Shown piece after piece: positions 29,284 to 39,594 of a stretch of DNA of 64,000 bases. The stretch's first letter is position 1. Each line of letters opens with the position of its first letter. The notes under the pieces are model-generated. The model saw only the letters and a list, made by a program, of their open reading frames with translations, had not been told where the DNA came from and ran no database searches. This stretch comes from a virus. A program made the position numbers and the translations under genes. The stretch spans positions 5,419 to 69,418 of the IMG/VR virus record IMGVR_UViG_3300037010_002901. One strand, written 5' to 3'.

Positions 29284-30387
29284 TTAATGTTTTAGGGCTC
29301 TACTTGCTGCATCTTTAAGCGAGTCAAGTCCGCTTTTTTTCCCTGCATTTTCTCCAGGTGCAGGTTTTTTCTGGGATATGGATGTATTATGAACGTCCTG
29401 ATAAACATCTTCGTCTACCTTACCTTTTGAAGCCATAAAAATCGCTTTCGCTATTTTCGGCAGATTCGCAAGGATAGCGCGTGATCTGATAATGTCTTCA
29501 GCATCCGCAAGATTTTTGTCGTTTACCTGGTGTCCGTTTTTCAGAATATCTCCAGTCAGAAGGCCAGCGATTATATTATCGGCTCCATCAAGGGGGATTT
29601 TCACTGGGTCTTTCAGCCCTTCTACCTGCAGCTCAAATGCCTTGAGCTTTGTTTGAATGGTAGGAAGCTGTTTTTCCCAATCTTGTTTCAGCGCCTCAGC
29701 ATTTTGCTTATGAATGACTTCGCTACGTGCCTGGTCTGGCTTACGCAAAAGTTCTTCTTTTTGCTGTGCTAATTTTGCTTCAATCCCATCTTTGCCGGAA
29801 ACGTCAAATTCTATATCTCGTAGTCCTTCTCTCTCGTCTGGTTGACTGTCCTCACCTATGGGTGCATACTCACCAAGGTTGTATTTTTTGTTGACTTGCT
29901 GCTCAATAAGCTCTCTTGAAAGGGTTGGCTTATCAAACTGATAATGCAAAATCATTTTCTCTTTGGGAGAAAGTTTTGACAGGTCGGTTTTTATATAGGT
30001 CATTGCCGTCTCAAGTGAGTGGCCGTCCTTTCTGAGTTTTGCCAGAGCTTTCAAATCTACATCGCCGTCAAATGGATCTGCATCCAATTGCTCTTTATAT
30101 TGATCGGCCAAAGTTGCTTTTTGTCTGATTGAATCAAACTCGGTCGGTGCAATACCGTACTTTTCATGAAAAAGAGAATCGAAATCTTTAGTATCTGCAC
30201 CCGCCGCGGCTTGATTGCCCAGATCAGCTGCCGCGCCTTGTCCGTTGCCTGCACCGGCACCGTTATCACCTGCGCCATTATCATCACCGCTTTGATTGCC
30301 TTGATCACCGCCAGCATTTTGTGATGAAGAATTATCTACACCATTTGTGAGTTTATTTGCGGCCATTTTGATTTCATCCAATCCCAT
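29284..30387 (-). CDS. scaffold-like capsid assembly protein
   Basis: Acidic low-complexity N-terminus; between portal and capsid genes. Confidence 0.6.
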   Translation of the reverse strand: MGLDEIKMAANKLTNGVDNSSSQNAGGDQGNQSGDDNGAGDNGAGAGNGQGAAADLGNQAAAGADTKDFDSLFHEKYGIAPTEFDSIRQKATLADQYKEQLDADPFDGDVDLKALAKLRKDGHSLETAMTYIKTDLSKLSPKEKMILHYQFDKPTLSRELIEQQVNKKYNLGEYAPIGEDSQPDEREGLRDIEFDVSGKDGIEAKLAQQKEELLRKPDQARSEVIHKQNAEALKQDWEKQLPTIQTKLKAFELQVEGLKDPVKIPLDGADNIIAGLLTGDILKNGHQVNDKNLADAEDIIRSRAILANLPKIAKAIFMASKGKVDEDVYQDVHNTSISQKKPAPGENAGKKSGLDSLKDAASRALKH

Positions 30388-30472
30388 TGTTACGATTTAT
30401 TAATGCGAAATTATATTTTTTTATTCAATTGCAAATATTTTTCTGCTTTTCTGAAAATACTGTGTTTCCTTA

Positions 30473-32824
30473 TTAAGCCGTTTTACGATCAACTTCCAAT
30501 TTATTTTTATGGGATAATACATCTTTTTCAAGTGCACTATCTGTTACGGCGTGTCTCAATCCTAGTTTTGATTCTGCCTCTATAATTTTGAGTTTATTGG
30601 CTGTAAGATGGTCGTCCAACTGAGCTTTTAGTGTATATTCTAATTGTAAGCTTTTTCCTTTTGCCTCTTCTGTTCCTTGGGCCGCCTGCAACATTCCCTG
30701 ACTATTTGCTTGATCTGCCGCCATTTTGTTGCGCTGGATAAGTTCTGCTGCTTTTCTATTGGCTTTTCTCAGCATCATTGCTGCTACTTTTAAATTCCCA
30801 CCAGTAGCCAAATGTCTTTCTATATCAAGATAGTCGGGTGCTTCTTGACCTCCAAGGCCGGCTTGCAAATTAGAAGTAACTGCTTCCTGAATCATTTGCA
30901 TGATTTGTTGTTTTTGCTCTTGAGTAGGAAGAGCTTGCACGCGGGTTGCGTAGCTCAAAGTAGAAATATTTGAGCCTATTTCTATCAGTCTTTTAAACCC
31001 ATCACCAAGAGTTACGTAGCCACTTATATTACCATTTCTTGCAATGACCTGCATTTTTAACAATATCATATATGCTATCATTTCGTCCATTTGTAACATT
31101 CCGAAAATGATTGGCGACAATGAGTTTTCTGCCCCCTGAAGGGCAAGTTCAGACGTTGCTACTGGTTGTTCTGCGGGTGGCGTACTCGCGTCCATCATAT
31201 CGTTGACGCCAGATATGGTTCGTATGAGCTCAATGTTGTTTTTTACTTCTATCCACCACCCTTGGAGCGCAGGTGTGATATCTCGCTCAACCCATTTTAT
31301 GGGACTAATTTGACTGACTCGTCCATCATCTTCGAAGGTAAAGGTGTTTCTGTAAATGACATTCCCCGTTTCCGCAGCAATTGTAAATAATTCTTCTGAA
31401 TTTTTTAGCTTGCCATCTACAAAGACTTTTTCAAATGCAGTCATTTCTATTTCGTAGCCGCTGGGCATCGCTTTTGCAAGAGTATTGTTTTTATATAAAA
31501 CAGCTAACTGCAGCGCATCAAGGGTCGGAAGCACTAGCTCTAATACAGATTTATTCGTAGCTCTGTAAAACTTGAACTCTCGGTAGCACTCTTTTTTATT
31601 TTCATTGGGACGAGCAATATCAGCTTTCTTGCCCCAGTCGGCCATGAACTTAGTATTAATGATCCACTTGCCGCCACGTACAGTCTTAATGTCTATTGCT
31701 TTTATCTCACGCGAATATATTGTACCGTCTGCGCTTGTCTTTTCAATCTTTGGCGTCACCGGCGTCTCAAATGGTACGCTATAACTGTTGAGGTTGCCGC
31801 TCTTTGTGGTAAATTCTTTTTTGATACGATCACATGAATAAACTTCAAAGTCAAATACCAATATTTTGAAATTGTCCCATTCCCTATATAGTGTATATTG
31901 AGCATCGCTGTTTACATATTCCTGGTAAACGCCTATTTGATACGGATTGCCATATTGTCCTACTGCACTTTTTGCTATCTCATAATACTGTTTGTCAGTA
32001 AACTGATCACCCCACTCAAGTCGGCATTCTGATATAGTGTAAGTTAAAACCTCGCCAATACCTTTTGAGGCATCGCCATCATTGCCATAAAAGTCTTCTA
32101 TGACAAAATTTGCTAGATCACATTGACGCATTTTCACACGTTGACTAATACGATCTACCCAGATTTTACAAGCAGCAGCACCATTGATTATAAACTCCCT
32201 TCTGAGTTGGCGCCTTAATAATTTCCAGTTGTTTTCCTCCCGGACCATTTGTACACCGAGTTCCATTTCCATTTCATATGGAAGCCTAAAGCCATCTTCC
32301 AGTATGGCTTGCAATTCCTCCATGCTCTCGGGTACAAATCCTTGAGGCGGTGGGGTATCGGCCCCTATTGATTGAGCAACAAAGTCGTTAAATGATTTCA
32401 GGGTGACTCTGGCCTTCATTGCTGCCTCAATGAATTTTTTATCTTCGGCGGCCATTGGATTCAGACAGTCCAAAAATATTTGATAGTCAAGTTTTTCCCA
32501 GTAGCCAAGTATAGCATTAACTAGCTTAGGCGCCGTACTGGTTATTCCCCAGTTGAGATCACGGTATGAGACCTTTTTCCCTTCCTTTTTTAGCTTTACT
32601 ATTCGGTCAACATATTTTTGGGTATTCTGGTTGCCGTCTGCATAGGCTCTATTCTCTATAAAGTCTATACGTCTCTGATTAGTAAGGTATTGTATGGTGC
32701 TGTGCTTGGAAAATAGAGCTTTCCCAAGTTGCATATGCCAATCATATCCCTTTTTTGCAGGATCTATAAGATCATTGGGATATCCCCCATAACCAGAAAC
32801 GGTTGGTAACATACTCTCTGCCAT
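30473..32824 (-). CDS. portal protein
   Basis: R.YA.G.Q...KY, LNW...PK.V..I.G, IRTISGVND..DASTP motifs; follows terminase. Confidence 0.8.
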   Translation of the reverse strand: MAESMLPTVSGYGGYPNDLIDPAKKGYDWHMQLGKALFSKHSTIQYLTNQRRIDFIENRAYADGNQNTQKYVDRIVKLKKEGKKVSYRDLNWGITSTAPKLVNAILGYWEKLDYQIFLDCLNPMAAEDKKFIEAAMKARVTLKSFNDFVAQSIGADTPPPQGFVPESMEELQAILEDGFRLPYEMEMELGVQMVREENNWKLLRRQLRREFIINGAAACKIWVDRISQRVKMRQCDLANFVIEDFYGNDGDASKGIGEVLTYTISECRLEWGDQFTDKQYYEIAKSAVGQYGNPYQIGVYQEYVNSDAQYTLYREWDNFKILVFDFEVYSCDRIKKEFTTKSGNLNSYSVPFETPVTPKIEKTSADGTIYSREIKAIDIKTVRGGKWIINTKFMADWGKKADIARPNENKKECYREFKFYRATNKSVLELVLPTLDALQLAVLYKNNTLAKAMPSGYEIEMTAFEKVFVDGKLKNSEELFTIAAETGNVIYRNTFTFEDDGRVSQISPIKWVERDITPALQGWWIEVKNNIELIRTISGVNDMMDASTPPAEQPVATSELALQGAENSLSPIIFGMLQMDEMIAYMILLKMQVIARNGNISGYVTLGDGFKRLIEIGSNISTLSYATRVQALPTQEQKQQIMQMIQEAVTSNLQAGLGGQEAPDYLDIERHLATGGNLKVAAMMLRKANRKAAELIQRNKMAADQANSQGMLQAAQGTEEAKGKSLQLEYTLKAQLDDHLTANKLKIIEAESKLGLRHAVTDSALEKDVLSHKNKLEVDRKTA

Positions 32825-32878
32825 AGGTCATTTTGGGCAAAGGTATTAAAATTTATTTTTCATATTTTAATGGGAGCC

Positions 32879-35128
32879 TTAATCGTAATAATTTTCCATA
32901 TTACTCATTCCGGTGAAGCCACCATAATTTGCAGGAGTTTTCACCTCTTGTCTTTTGGGTTTCCTCACCATTTTCGCATAGTAGCAGGCGTATCCTGCAG
33001 ATACAAAGCTGTCAAAAGGACTCCAATCACTCGGATTCAAATCTCGACAATCTTCCAATATATTGATAAACTTGCACCTCATTCCATGCTTATCTAAATG
33101 GCTGTCTACCGCCGCCATGATAGCCTCTGCCTGCGCACCGCCCACTGTCTGTACTCCCGGTTGCGATGCCTGTTGTGCGATTATCTGCCCATTTTTCTCA
33201 GTAATGATTGTTCTGGTTTTTAGAAATTTACTGTACCCTCTTCTGGCAAAGTACTGCCGAACGTTATCAATATTTGTCTCAACCATGATTTTGCAGCCCA
33301 GCCAGTGAACAAGAGCAATAGCATCTTCACAATATTCATCTGTCGTTCTTGGTCTGAAACAGTAGTGAATGCCCCAATCTTCAGTAAGCCAATCAGCTGT
33401 ACTGCTTTTTTTCCCGTCTATCAGATCATCGAAATTGCAGAATACCGTAAGCGCTCCCATTGATTTTTTCGTGCCCTCTGTCTCGTTGTATTTGAATGTA
33501 TCAGAGGCAGCCATATACAAAGCATCATTCAGTGGCATCAAAAATTCCGCATCGTTTATTCTGACACTATTAGCACGGTTTTTCTCTATATGCTCTATCA
33601 GTTCTCTTGGACCTCTGAATTTTCCATGCTCAGTCCATTCTACTTGATAACCGTTTTCTTCTTCATCCCATTTCAAGTTGAATGCCTCTGTGAATGGATC
33701 GCCATATCTAAAATCTGTAAGTCTTCTTTGAATAATATCTATCGTATTGAATGGACATAACCTATTGACCGATGTAAATGCCTCTTTTAGCGAGAACGGG
33801 TACATACTCTGAAAAGCTTGCCTGTCTCTAGGATCTTCTATTGCCGCCAACTCCGCAGATAGTAGTTCCTTTGCTGCCATCAAGTGATACCCTTTGTCTA
33901 CAAATGGTTTATATCCAAGTGATAGATAATATTGTTTCAAATACTCACTTTGCGCAGGCGTAGGATTTTCTATAATTGGAAATCCCCATTGATCAAATAC
34001 ATAACTTTCCCAAGCGGGCTTGAACCACACAATTAAACCCGATACTGTTTCCCCAAGATCATTCATCATTTTTCTTGCAGGTACACGGCTCGATTCATCA
34101 ACTAGCTTTTTGAATTTTATGAGCCCTTTGGGAGTCATTTGCTCAACCGTAGTAGTTATAAGAGCTTTCCCATTTTTCACAACCCTTACACGTAAGCATT
34201 GCTTATGAATACGCCATGTTGCATGGACGTCTACATCATCCCATTTCCCCGCTTCGTCTATTACCAGACCTATACAACAATCGTGGTGATCTTTTGCACC
34301 TAGCTTCTCACCATCAAACGCTGTTTCTTTTGTTGTGCGGGCCTCTATTCTACTATCCAACGACTCTACATCGCCCTCAGCTATTATCAAGTCTGAGGCG
34401 TCCAGGTCATCACCACCTCGGCTCGCATCCCTGAGTATAAGTTCTTTCTTTGGATAGGTTTTATTGTCAAATTGTGGCGCGAAATAAAATGGCAATTTTC
34501 GCCAAGCTTTCACGACATTTTTATCGAAAAACTCAATTGCATCATTACCGTTTTTCGAAAGAATCCCACCTACTGAATATCGCACTCTTGTAGCTGCCTC
34601 AAGGAGTTTGAAACCGGCTTTTGTTGACTTGGCATCCCGGCGCATTGCTATACTAATACCACCATATACCAATGGATCTTTGAGCACACATATATTCCAC
34701 CACCACTCCTCTTCAAGATCGGGATACCTAAATTCTGGTAGCTCGCCCTGCAGATATACATAATTCATAAAAAACCAGTAATTACCCGGAATCCACAGCG
34801 GTTTTCCATAGATATACATGAAGACTCCGTTGCGCCTCTTTTCCCACTGAGTCTCTATCCATTCACCAAATTCAGGGTTTTTCTCTGCTATCGCGATTGC
34901 TTCTTTTCTCGGCAAGCGATTTAATTTTGCTACCCAAGCCGGTTTATCTTCGTACTTAAAGAATTGTTCTTCTTTGGGAAATCCATAATTTATAAAATGT
35001 GTATGCGGGGGTGGAGCTGGTAATTCAACGTGATACGGCTCTACATCTTCATCTATGCCATCGCGAAGAATGATATTTCTTTTATAGTATTCGTATCCGA
35101 ATTTTTGGATAGTCGTTTTAGAGGCCAT
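32879..35128 (-). CDS. terL: terminase large subunit
   Basis: RR.NG.F, Walker A-like RRDAKST, Walker B IDEAGKW, TTT motif, YP...EAF, nuclease ASD, VETN and FD motifs. Confidence 0.85.
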   Translation of the reverse strand: MASKTTIQKFGYEYYKRNIILRDGIDEDVEPYHVELPAPPPHTHFINYGFPKEEQFFKYEDKPAWVAKLNRLPRKEAIAIAEKNPEFGEWIETQWEKRRNGVFMYIYGKPLWIPGNYWFFMNYVYLQGELPEFRYPDLEEEWWWNICVLKDPLVYGGISIAMRRDAKSTKAGFKLLEAATRVRYSVGGILSKNGNDAIEFFDKNVVKAWRKLPFYFAPQFDNKTYPKKELILRDASRGGDDLDASDLIIAEGDVESLDSRIEARTTKETAFDGEKLGAKDHHDCCIGLVIDEAGKWDDVDVHATWRIHKQCLRVRVVKNGKALITTTVEQMTPKGLIKFKKLVDESSRVPARKMMNDLGETVSGLIVWFKPAWESYVFDQWGFPIIENPTPAQSEYLKQYYLSLGYKPFVDKGYHLMAAKELLSAELAAIEDPRDRQAFQSMYPFSLKEAFTSVNRLCPFNTIDIIQRRLTDFRYGDPFTEAFNLKWDEEENGYQVEWTEHGKFRGPRELIEHIEKNRANSVRINDAEFLMPLNDALYMAASDTFKYNETEGTKKSMGALTVFCNFDDLIDGKKSSTADWLTEDWGIHYCFRPRTTDEYCEDAIALVHWLGCKIMVETNIDNVRQYFARRGYSKFLKTRTIITEKNGQIIAQQASQPGVQTVGGAQAEAIMAAVDSHLDKHGMRCKFINILEDCRDLNPSDWSPFDSFVSAGYACYYAKMVRKPKRQEVKTPANYGGFTGMSNMENYYD

Positions 35129-35141
35129 AGAGCAAAACTAA

Positions 35142-35786
35142 TTACTTTTTTTCCCTTTTCCTTTCTTCGGAAATTTTACTTGCGTTTTGCTCAGGACTGA
35201 TAGCAAACCTTTTGCTCATTACTGCCAGTGATGAAATATTCTCGCTCAGGTCTCGATCACCCATGAATATTTTATCTGCCTCCGCTTCTATGCTTGACAA
35301 AGCGTTATTCATAGTATCATTCATTCTGAGCGCATCTGCACTGTCTTTCAATGTATATTTAGTAACGGCAAGCGCCTGCATCATATTCCAGTAGTTCTCA
35401 TTGGATATTATCCAAGAAGAGTAACGAGTATTTTTCTCAAATTTCAAAAATTGAAGAATCATTTTTACTACTACTTCATTTTCGTTATTGATCAACGCCT
35501 TTATTTCTATTGGCCATTCTCTTTCCCTCTCAAATCCGGCTTCTATGAGTGCTCGCTCTTTTCTACTGGAAATTTCGCTCATGCGTATCACCAGTGGTGA
35601 TTTGATATGATACGCAAATACAATGTATTTGACAATTTTTTCAATGGTCAATTGATCTTCAAAAACTTCTTCTTTAAACTCTAAAAAAATATTTTCTAAA
35701 TCTGGGAATGCTTTAAAAAGATCACCCGAGAAACTTTTTAGGTTCCATTTCATTCGAGCATATTCTGAGCTAGGAATTACTTGCAT
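35142..35786 (-). CDS. hypothetical protein, candidate small terminase
   Basis: YIVFAY...SPL motif; directly upstream of terL. Confidence 0.45.
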   Translation of the reverse strand: MQVIPSSEYARMKWNLKSFSGDLFKAFPDLENIFLEFKEEVFEDQLTIEKIVKYIVFAYHIKSPLVIRMSEISSRKERALIEAGFEREREWPIEIKALINNENEVVVKMILQFLKFEKNTRYSSWIISNENYWNMMQALAVTKYTLKDSADALRMNDTMNNALSSIEAEADKIFMGDRDLSENISSLAVMSKRFAISPEQNASKISEERKREKK

Positions 35787-35795
35787 ACTATATTT

Positions 35796-36092
35796 TTACC
35801 AGCTTACTTTTATACCAATTTTCTTTCCTCTTTTATCTCCACTTTCCTCTGGAAATTCATAGTCGTTAGTTACAATGTAACCTTCTTTTCTAAGAGACTC
35901 GGACACGCTCTTTTCAAATTTAGACTTTAATATTGCATAGTCAACTCTAAACATGAAAAACCCTTGATCTACGGCATCATTGATAATCTTAGAAATAATT
36001 TCTGTGGTTTTCCGCAATTCCTCTGTTTCCCTAGCAACACGTATTGGTTCTGCTGCCAAAGCTTTTTCCCGTGCTTCTTTTGCGCTGATCAT
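35796..36092 (-). CDS. hypothetical protein
   Basis: MISAKEAR...LRKEGY.V...I.VSW small phage protein pattern. Confidence 0.6.
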   Translation of the reverse strand: MISAKEAREKALAAEPIRVARETEELRKTTEIISKIINDAVDQGFFMFRVDYAILKSKFEKSVSESLRKEGYIVTNDYEFPEESGDKRGKKIGIKVSW

Positions 36093-36400
36093 ACCTCTGT
36101 TTTGAGTTCTGTAAATTCCGCATAAACTTCATCAATATTTATCACTAGGTACTTTTCGTGATTATGCGTAAATGCGCTTCCGGCATGTCTGCTGTGCAAT
36201 ATTAGTGCGCCCTTAGGAATATGAGCAGCAGCGCTTGATACTTCAATAACACGGCTTGTAGTAGGCACATCCTTATGCATTTTTTGCTCTGGCATAGCAT
36301 ACTTTTCTGTTTCAGGAAGAGACTCGGGTTGTACCAAAAGTCTACCAGTCAAAATTCCGTCTTTGCGGAAGTCATGGATTTTTAAAGATGGAACACTCAT
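36089..36400 (-). CDS. groES: GroES-like co-chaperonin
   Basis: GRLLVQP, VIEVS, KGALILHSRHAGS, YLVINIDEVYA; ATG 36400 preferred. Confidence 0.7.
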   Translation of the reverse strand: MSVPSLKIHDFRKDGILTGRLLVQPESLPETEKYAMPEQKMHKDVPTTSRVIEVSSAAAHIPKGALILHSRHAGSAFTHNHEKYLVINIDEVYAEFTELKTEV

Positions 36401-36457
36401 TTTTTTAAATTTTGCACCCTGGGGTCGATTCGAACAACCCCAACATACCATACAGGG

Positions 36458-38140
36458 TTAATTTTTTATTTCTGTGATTGTAGCCTCGGTAGTTATGATC
36501 GTGCCTGCTACGGACACTGCATTTTCCAATGCTATTCTTGGTACCTTGGTCGGGTCAATTATTCCAGACTCTCTGAGATTTTCTATTTTCCCGGTCTTTG
36601 CGTTGTAACCTATCTCTGGAGATGTCTGATCGATACGCAACTGGTTTAAAATTGAGTCAACGTCCTCTCCGCAGTTCTCTATGAGTTGCTTAATTGGGAC
36701 CAAAAGTGCTTTTATTACAATGTGCCTTCCTATTTGGAAATCTGTCATTGCATTCAAATCCTCTGGCAGCTCATAGAGCTTTTGGTAGATATTGTAAAAT
36801 GGGATTGCCCCGCCGGTCACTACGCCTTCTGATATTGCTGCGCGTGTTGCAAGAATAGCATCTTCGACACGATATACCTTTTCGGAAAGCTCAACTTGAG
36901 TTGGTGCGCCTACGTGTATCACAGCGACGCCACCTTGCAATTTTGCAAGTCTTTCTTTCAATTGGTTTTCGTCTTTAGGATCTGCATTTGCAAGTTGTCC
37001 TTTCAAATCTTCAATTCTCTTGTCAATCACCTCTTTGGTCCCGGCACCATCAAAAATCATTGATTTTTCCGTAGTGATTACCATGTTACCGCAGGTTCCC
37101 ATTTCCTCACGTGTGATTCTACCTAAGGTTCGACCTTCACTTTCGAATACGGCTACTGCGCCGGTCACTGCAGCAATATCTTTCAACGTTTCTTTTCTAA
37201 CGTCGCCACTTGATGGGGCGATCAAAATAGTTATATCGATTGGCGACAATCCTTTCCGCTGACGGTTTGCCCTGATAAACATCATATTCTGATCGTCTAT
37301 GTCGCTTACAATCAAAACTAGAGGACGAGGTTGAATCGCTTTTTGTTTTTCCGCATCTGTTGCATCTCTGTTATTTTGCTCTTCCCATTGATCAATTGCG
37401 TCTTGGTGAGCAATATCTATCAAATCCATAACGCCTACTTCGTCTACTTTGCCGCGAGCTATTATATCTGAAACTACTATCAGCGGCGATGCTATTTCAG
37501 ACATTCTTCTCTGTTTGTCGCGCATAAATTCCTCACTAAGTAGTCCTGAGTCAAAAGACACTCCCAGGTAGGTCTTGAGTTGATTTTTGAAAGTCGGGCT
37601 AAGTCCCATAGCTACCATGCCATTGATAGATACTTTTTCATAAGCTTCTCTGATCATGGCACCGATACTTTCATCGTTGTTTGCTGAAATGGTCGCTATT
37701 TTTTCGAGCAAATCCAAATCGCCATTTAAAGGAGTTGATTGCTCTTTGAGTGCAGAAACTATTTCAATCACAGCCTGATCCATTCCTTTCTTTATAGCTG
37801 TAGGATTCCGTTTGCTTCCATCTACTTCTGCTATTCCGTCTTTGGCTATTGCCTGACATAAAATAGTTGCTGTTGTGGTTCCATCGCCGGCTTGTTTCGC
37901 GGCTTGCTGCGCTGCCTGCTTTATAGCCTCAGCACCCATAGCCTCAACATCATCTACCGGAAATATGTTTTTTGCTACTGTCACCCCGTCTTTTGTAGCA
38001 TGGTGATCCTCATTGATTTTCTGAATGAATACAGTCCGTCCCTTGGGACCCAATGTAACCTTTACGGTATTCGCCACCTGATCAATACCTGATAGAAGTG
38101 CTGCCCGAGCTTCCATTCCTAATAAGACTTTTTTTGCCAT
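36458..38140 (-). CDS. groEL: chaperonin GroEL
   Basis: VKVTLGPKGR, TKDGVTVA, AGDGTTTAT, ERLAKLQGGVAVI, GIIDPTKV. Confidence 0.95.
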   Translation of the reverse strand: MAKKVLLGMEARAALLSGIDQVANTVKVTLGPKGRTVFIQKINEDHHATKDGVTVAKNIFPVDDVEAMGAEAIKQAAQQAAKQAGDGTTTATILCQAIAKDGIAEVDGSKRNPTAIKKGMDQAVIEIVSALKEQSTPLNGDLDLLEKIATISANNDESIGAMIREAYEKVSINGMVAMGLSPTFKNQLKTYLGVSFDSGLLSEEFMRDKQRRMSEIASPLIVVSDIIARGKVDEVGVMDLIDIAHQDAIDQWEEQNNRDATDAEKQKAIQPRPLVLIVSDIDDQNMMFIRANRQRKGLSPIDITILIAPSSGDVRKETLKDIAAVTGAVAVFESEGRTLGRITREEMGTCGNMVITTEKSMIFDGAGTKEVIDKRIEDLKGQLANADPKDENQLKERLAKLQGGVAVIHVGAPTQVELSEKVYRVEDAILATRAAISEGVVTGGAIPFYNIYQKLYELPEDLNAMTDFQIGRHIVIKALLVPIKQLIENCGEDVDSILNQLRIDQTSPEIGYNAKTGKIENLRESGIIDPTKVPRIALENAVSVAGTIITTEATITEIKN

Positions 38141-38191
38141 AAATCTGTGTTTTTTATATTATTATATCAAATTGATACCAGTTTTTTTACC

Positions 38192-38797
38192 TTAATTCAA
38201 ATTTAATTTTTCGGATAGGGTCATCAAGATTTCATTCACCTGCATTCGGTATAAAGGTTCAGTTGTAGCAGTAAGAGCAAACTCAACAGGTGCGTCACTA
38301 TTTGTTTCATATATAACAAGATCACCTTCTTTAAGACCTTGTTCATTTTCGCCAATAAGTCTTATGGTCCCTTCTGCTGCACTAACGTCCTGAATATCTC
38401 GATCGGTAAGTGAATACTTGCCTATTTTGTCTTTCTTATTTTGAACTGGAGATAATAGGCAATATCCATTCAAAGGAATACGAATGCCAGACCTTTGAAT
38501 GAAGAATATGTCTTCACGCAGCATTAGAATTGCAGTTCTCTTTCTCTCAACTAGCAAAAGTCCTTCATCTGCCTGCGGCTTTGCGGATTCCAAGACTAGG
38601 TAATGAAAATAAACAGTATCACCTTTCTTTATCTCCGTTTCGCCTTCCGGCACACTTAATACAAGCCCAAACTTAGGGTGGTATTTATTTTCGTTCATCA
38701 GGTGAGAAGGCATTACATACCCATTTTTCAGAGAATCTGGCTTCACCTGAACTTCTACTAAAATTTTGTTCTCTATTGGTTTAATTTGTGAGATCAC
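38192..38797 (-). CDS. tandem two-domain GroES-like co-chaperonin
   Basis: Two Cpn10-like repeats: KPIENKILVE..GLVLSVP..IKKGDTVYF and PLNGYCLL..GTIRLIG..LKEGDLVIY..NEIL. Confidence 0.7.
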   Translation of the reverse strand: MISQIKPIENKILVEVQVKPDSLKNGYVMPSHLMNENKYHPKFGLVLSVPEGETEIKKGDTVYFHYLVLESAKPQADEGLLLVERKRTAILMLREDIFFIQRSGIRIPLNGYCLLSPVQNKKDKIGKYSLTDRDIQDVSAAEGTIRLIGENEQGLKEGDLVIYETNSDAPVEFALTATTEPLYRMQVNEILMTLSEKLNLN

Positions 38798-39177
38798 CAG
38801 TTAGTATTTTTTAGTTTGTTCTCATATACAACAAAGTCCTTCAGTTTTTTTGATTTGGCTCGGTATATTACTGCACTTGAAACCTCAATGCGTTCCATTG
38901 TGCCCTTTTTCACCTTTTCTTTACAGCGATCTATTTGCTTACCTTTTTGCCAGCGGGTTAGATTTTCCCAGTCTGATACTTCGTCAGGAATACGAAGAAG
39001 AATCTTTTGATTCCGGTGCTCAACTACCTTGTAGAAATTGTTATAGTTATCCGAAAAGTCATATTGAAAATCATCATCGATATACACCGCAGATTTTTTT
39101 CTGTCAATTATGAGTTTGACGATGATAACTATAACAAGAATGACAAAGCCAATCCCTATTGTTTTTTCCCAGGCCAT
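38794..39177 (-). CDS. membrane-anchored hypothetical protein
   Basis: N-terminal transmembrane helix. Confidence 0.6.
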   Translation of the reverse strand: MAWEKTIGIGFVILVIVIIVKLIIDRKKSAVYIDDDFQYDFSDNYNNFYKVVEHRNQKILLRIPDEVSDWENLTRWQKGKQIDRCKEKVKKGTMERIEVSSAVIYRAKSKKLKDFVVYENKLKNTNW

Positions 39178-39590
39178 ACAAATATTTTTTTACGATAAAG
39201 CAATAATAGAGTATCAAAATAGTCTTTAACTTCTAAATAGGGAAGATATGGATCGTCTCCATTCCCACAAGTTTTCCATAGTAAATCCAATGCTCTTTTA
39301 CTTGCGTTTTTTTCTACTACATACTGGAAAATTGGTGGTAAAATTCCCCACTGGCAAAGCCTAAGCGCCCAGTAGTGGCTATTATCTTGAAGCACATGCG
39401 CTACCTCATGCGCAATAATTGCTTCATCTCTAAAGTCATTTTTAGCAATGGTTCCTATTTTTAGCAACCTGTTTGCGCTATCATATTCCGACTGTTCTAT
39501 GTTGATCGGATATGTTGCAATTATAACTGTCTGTATGTCGCCTAAAAGTCTTTTTGCAATAGCTTTCAGCGATTCCGGTGTTTGTTTCAT
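39156..39590 (-). CDS. putative zinc metallopeptidase
   Basis: AHEVAHVLQ (HExxH) and E.NAS.RA. Confidence 0.7.
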   Translation of the reverse strand: MKQTPESLKAIAKRLLGDIQTVIIATYPINIEQSEYDSANRLLKIGTIAKNDFRDEAIIAHEVAHVLQDNSHYWALRLCQWGILPPIFQYVVEKNASKRALDLLWKTCGNGDDPYLPYLEVKDYFDTLLLLYRKKIFVWPGKKQ

Positions 39591-39594
39591 AGTG

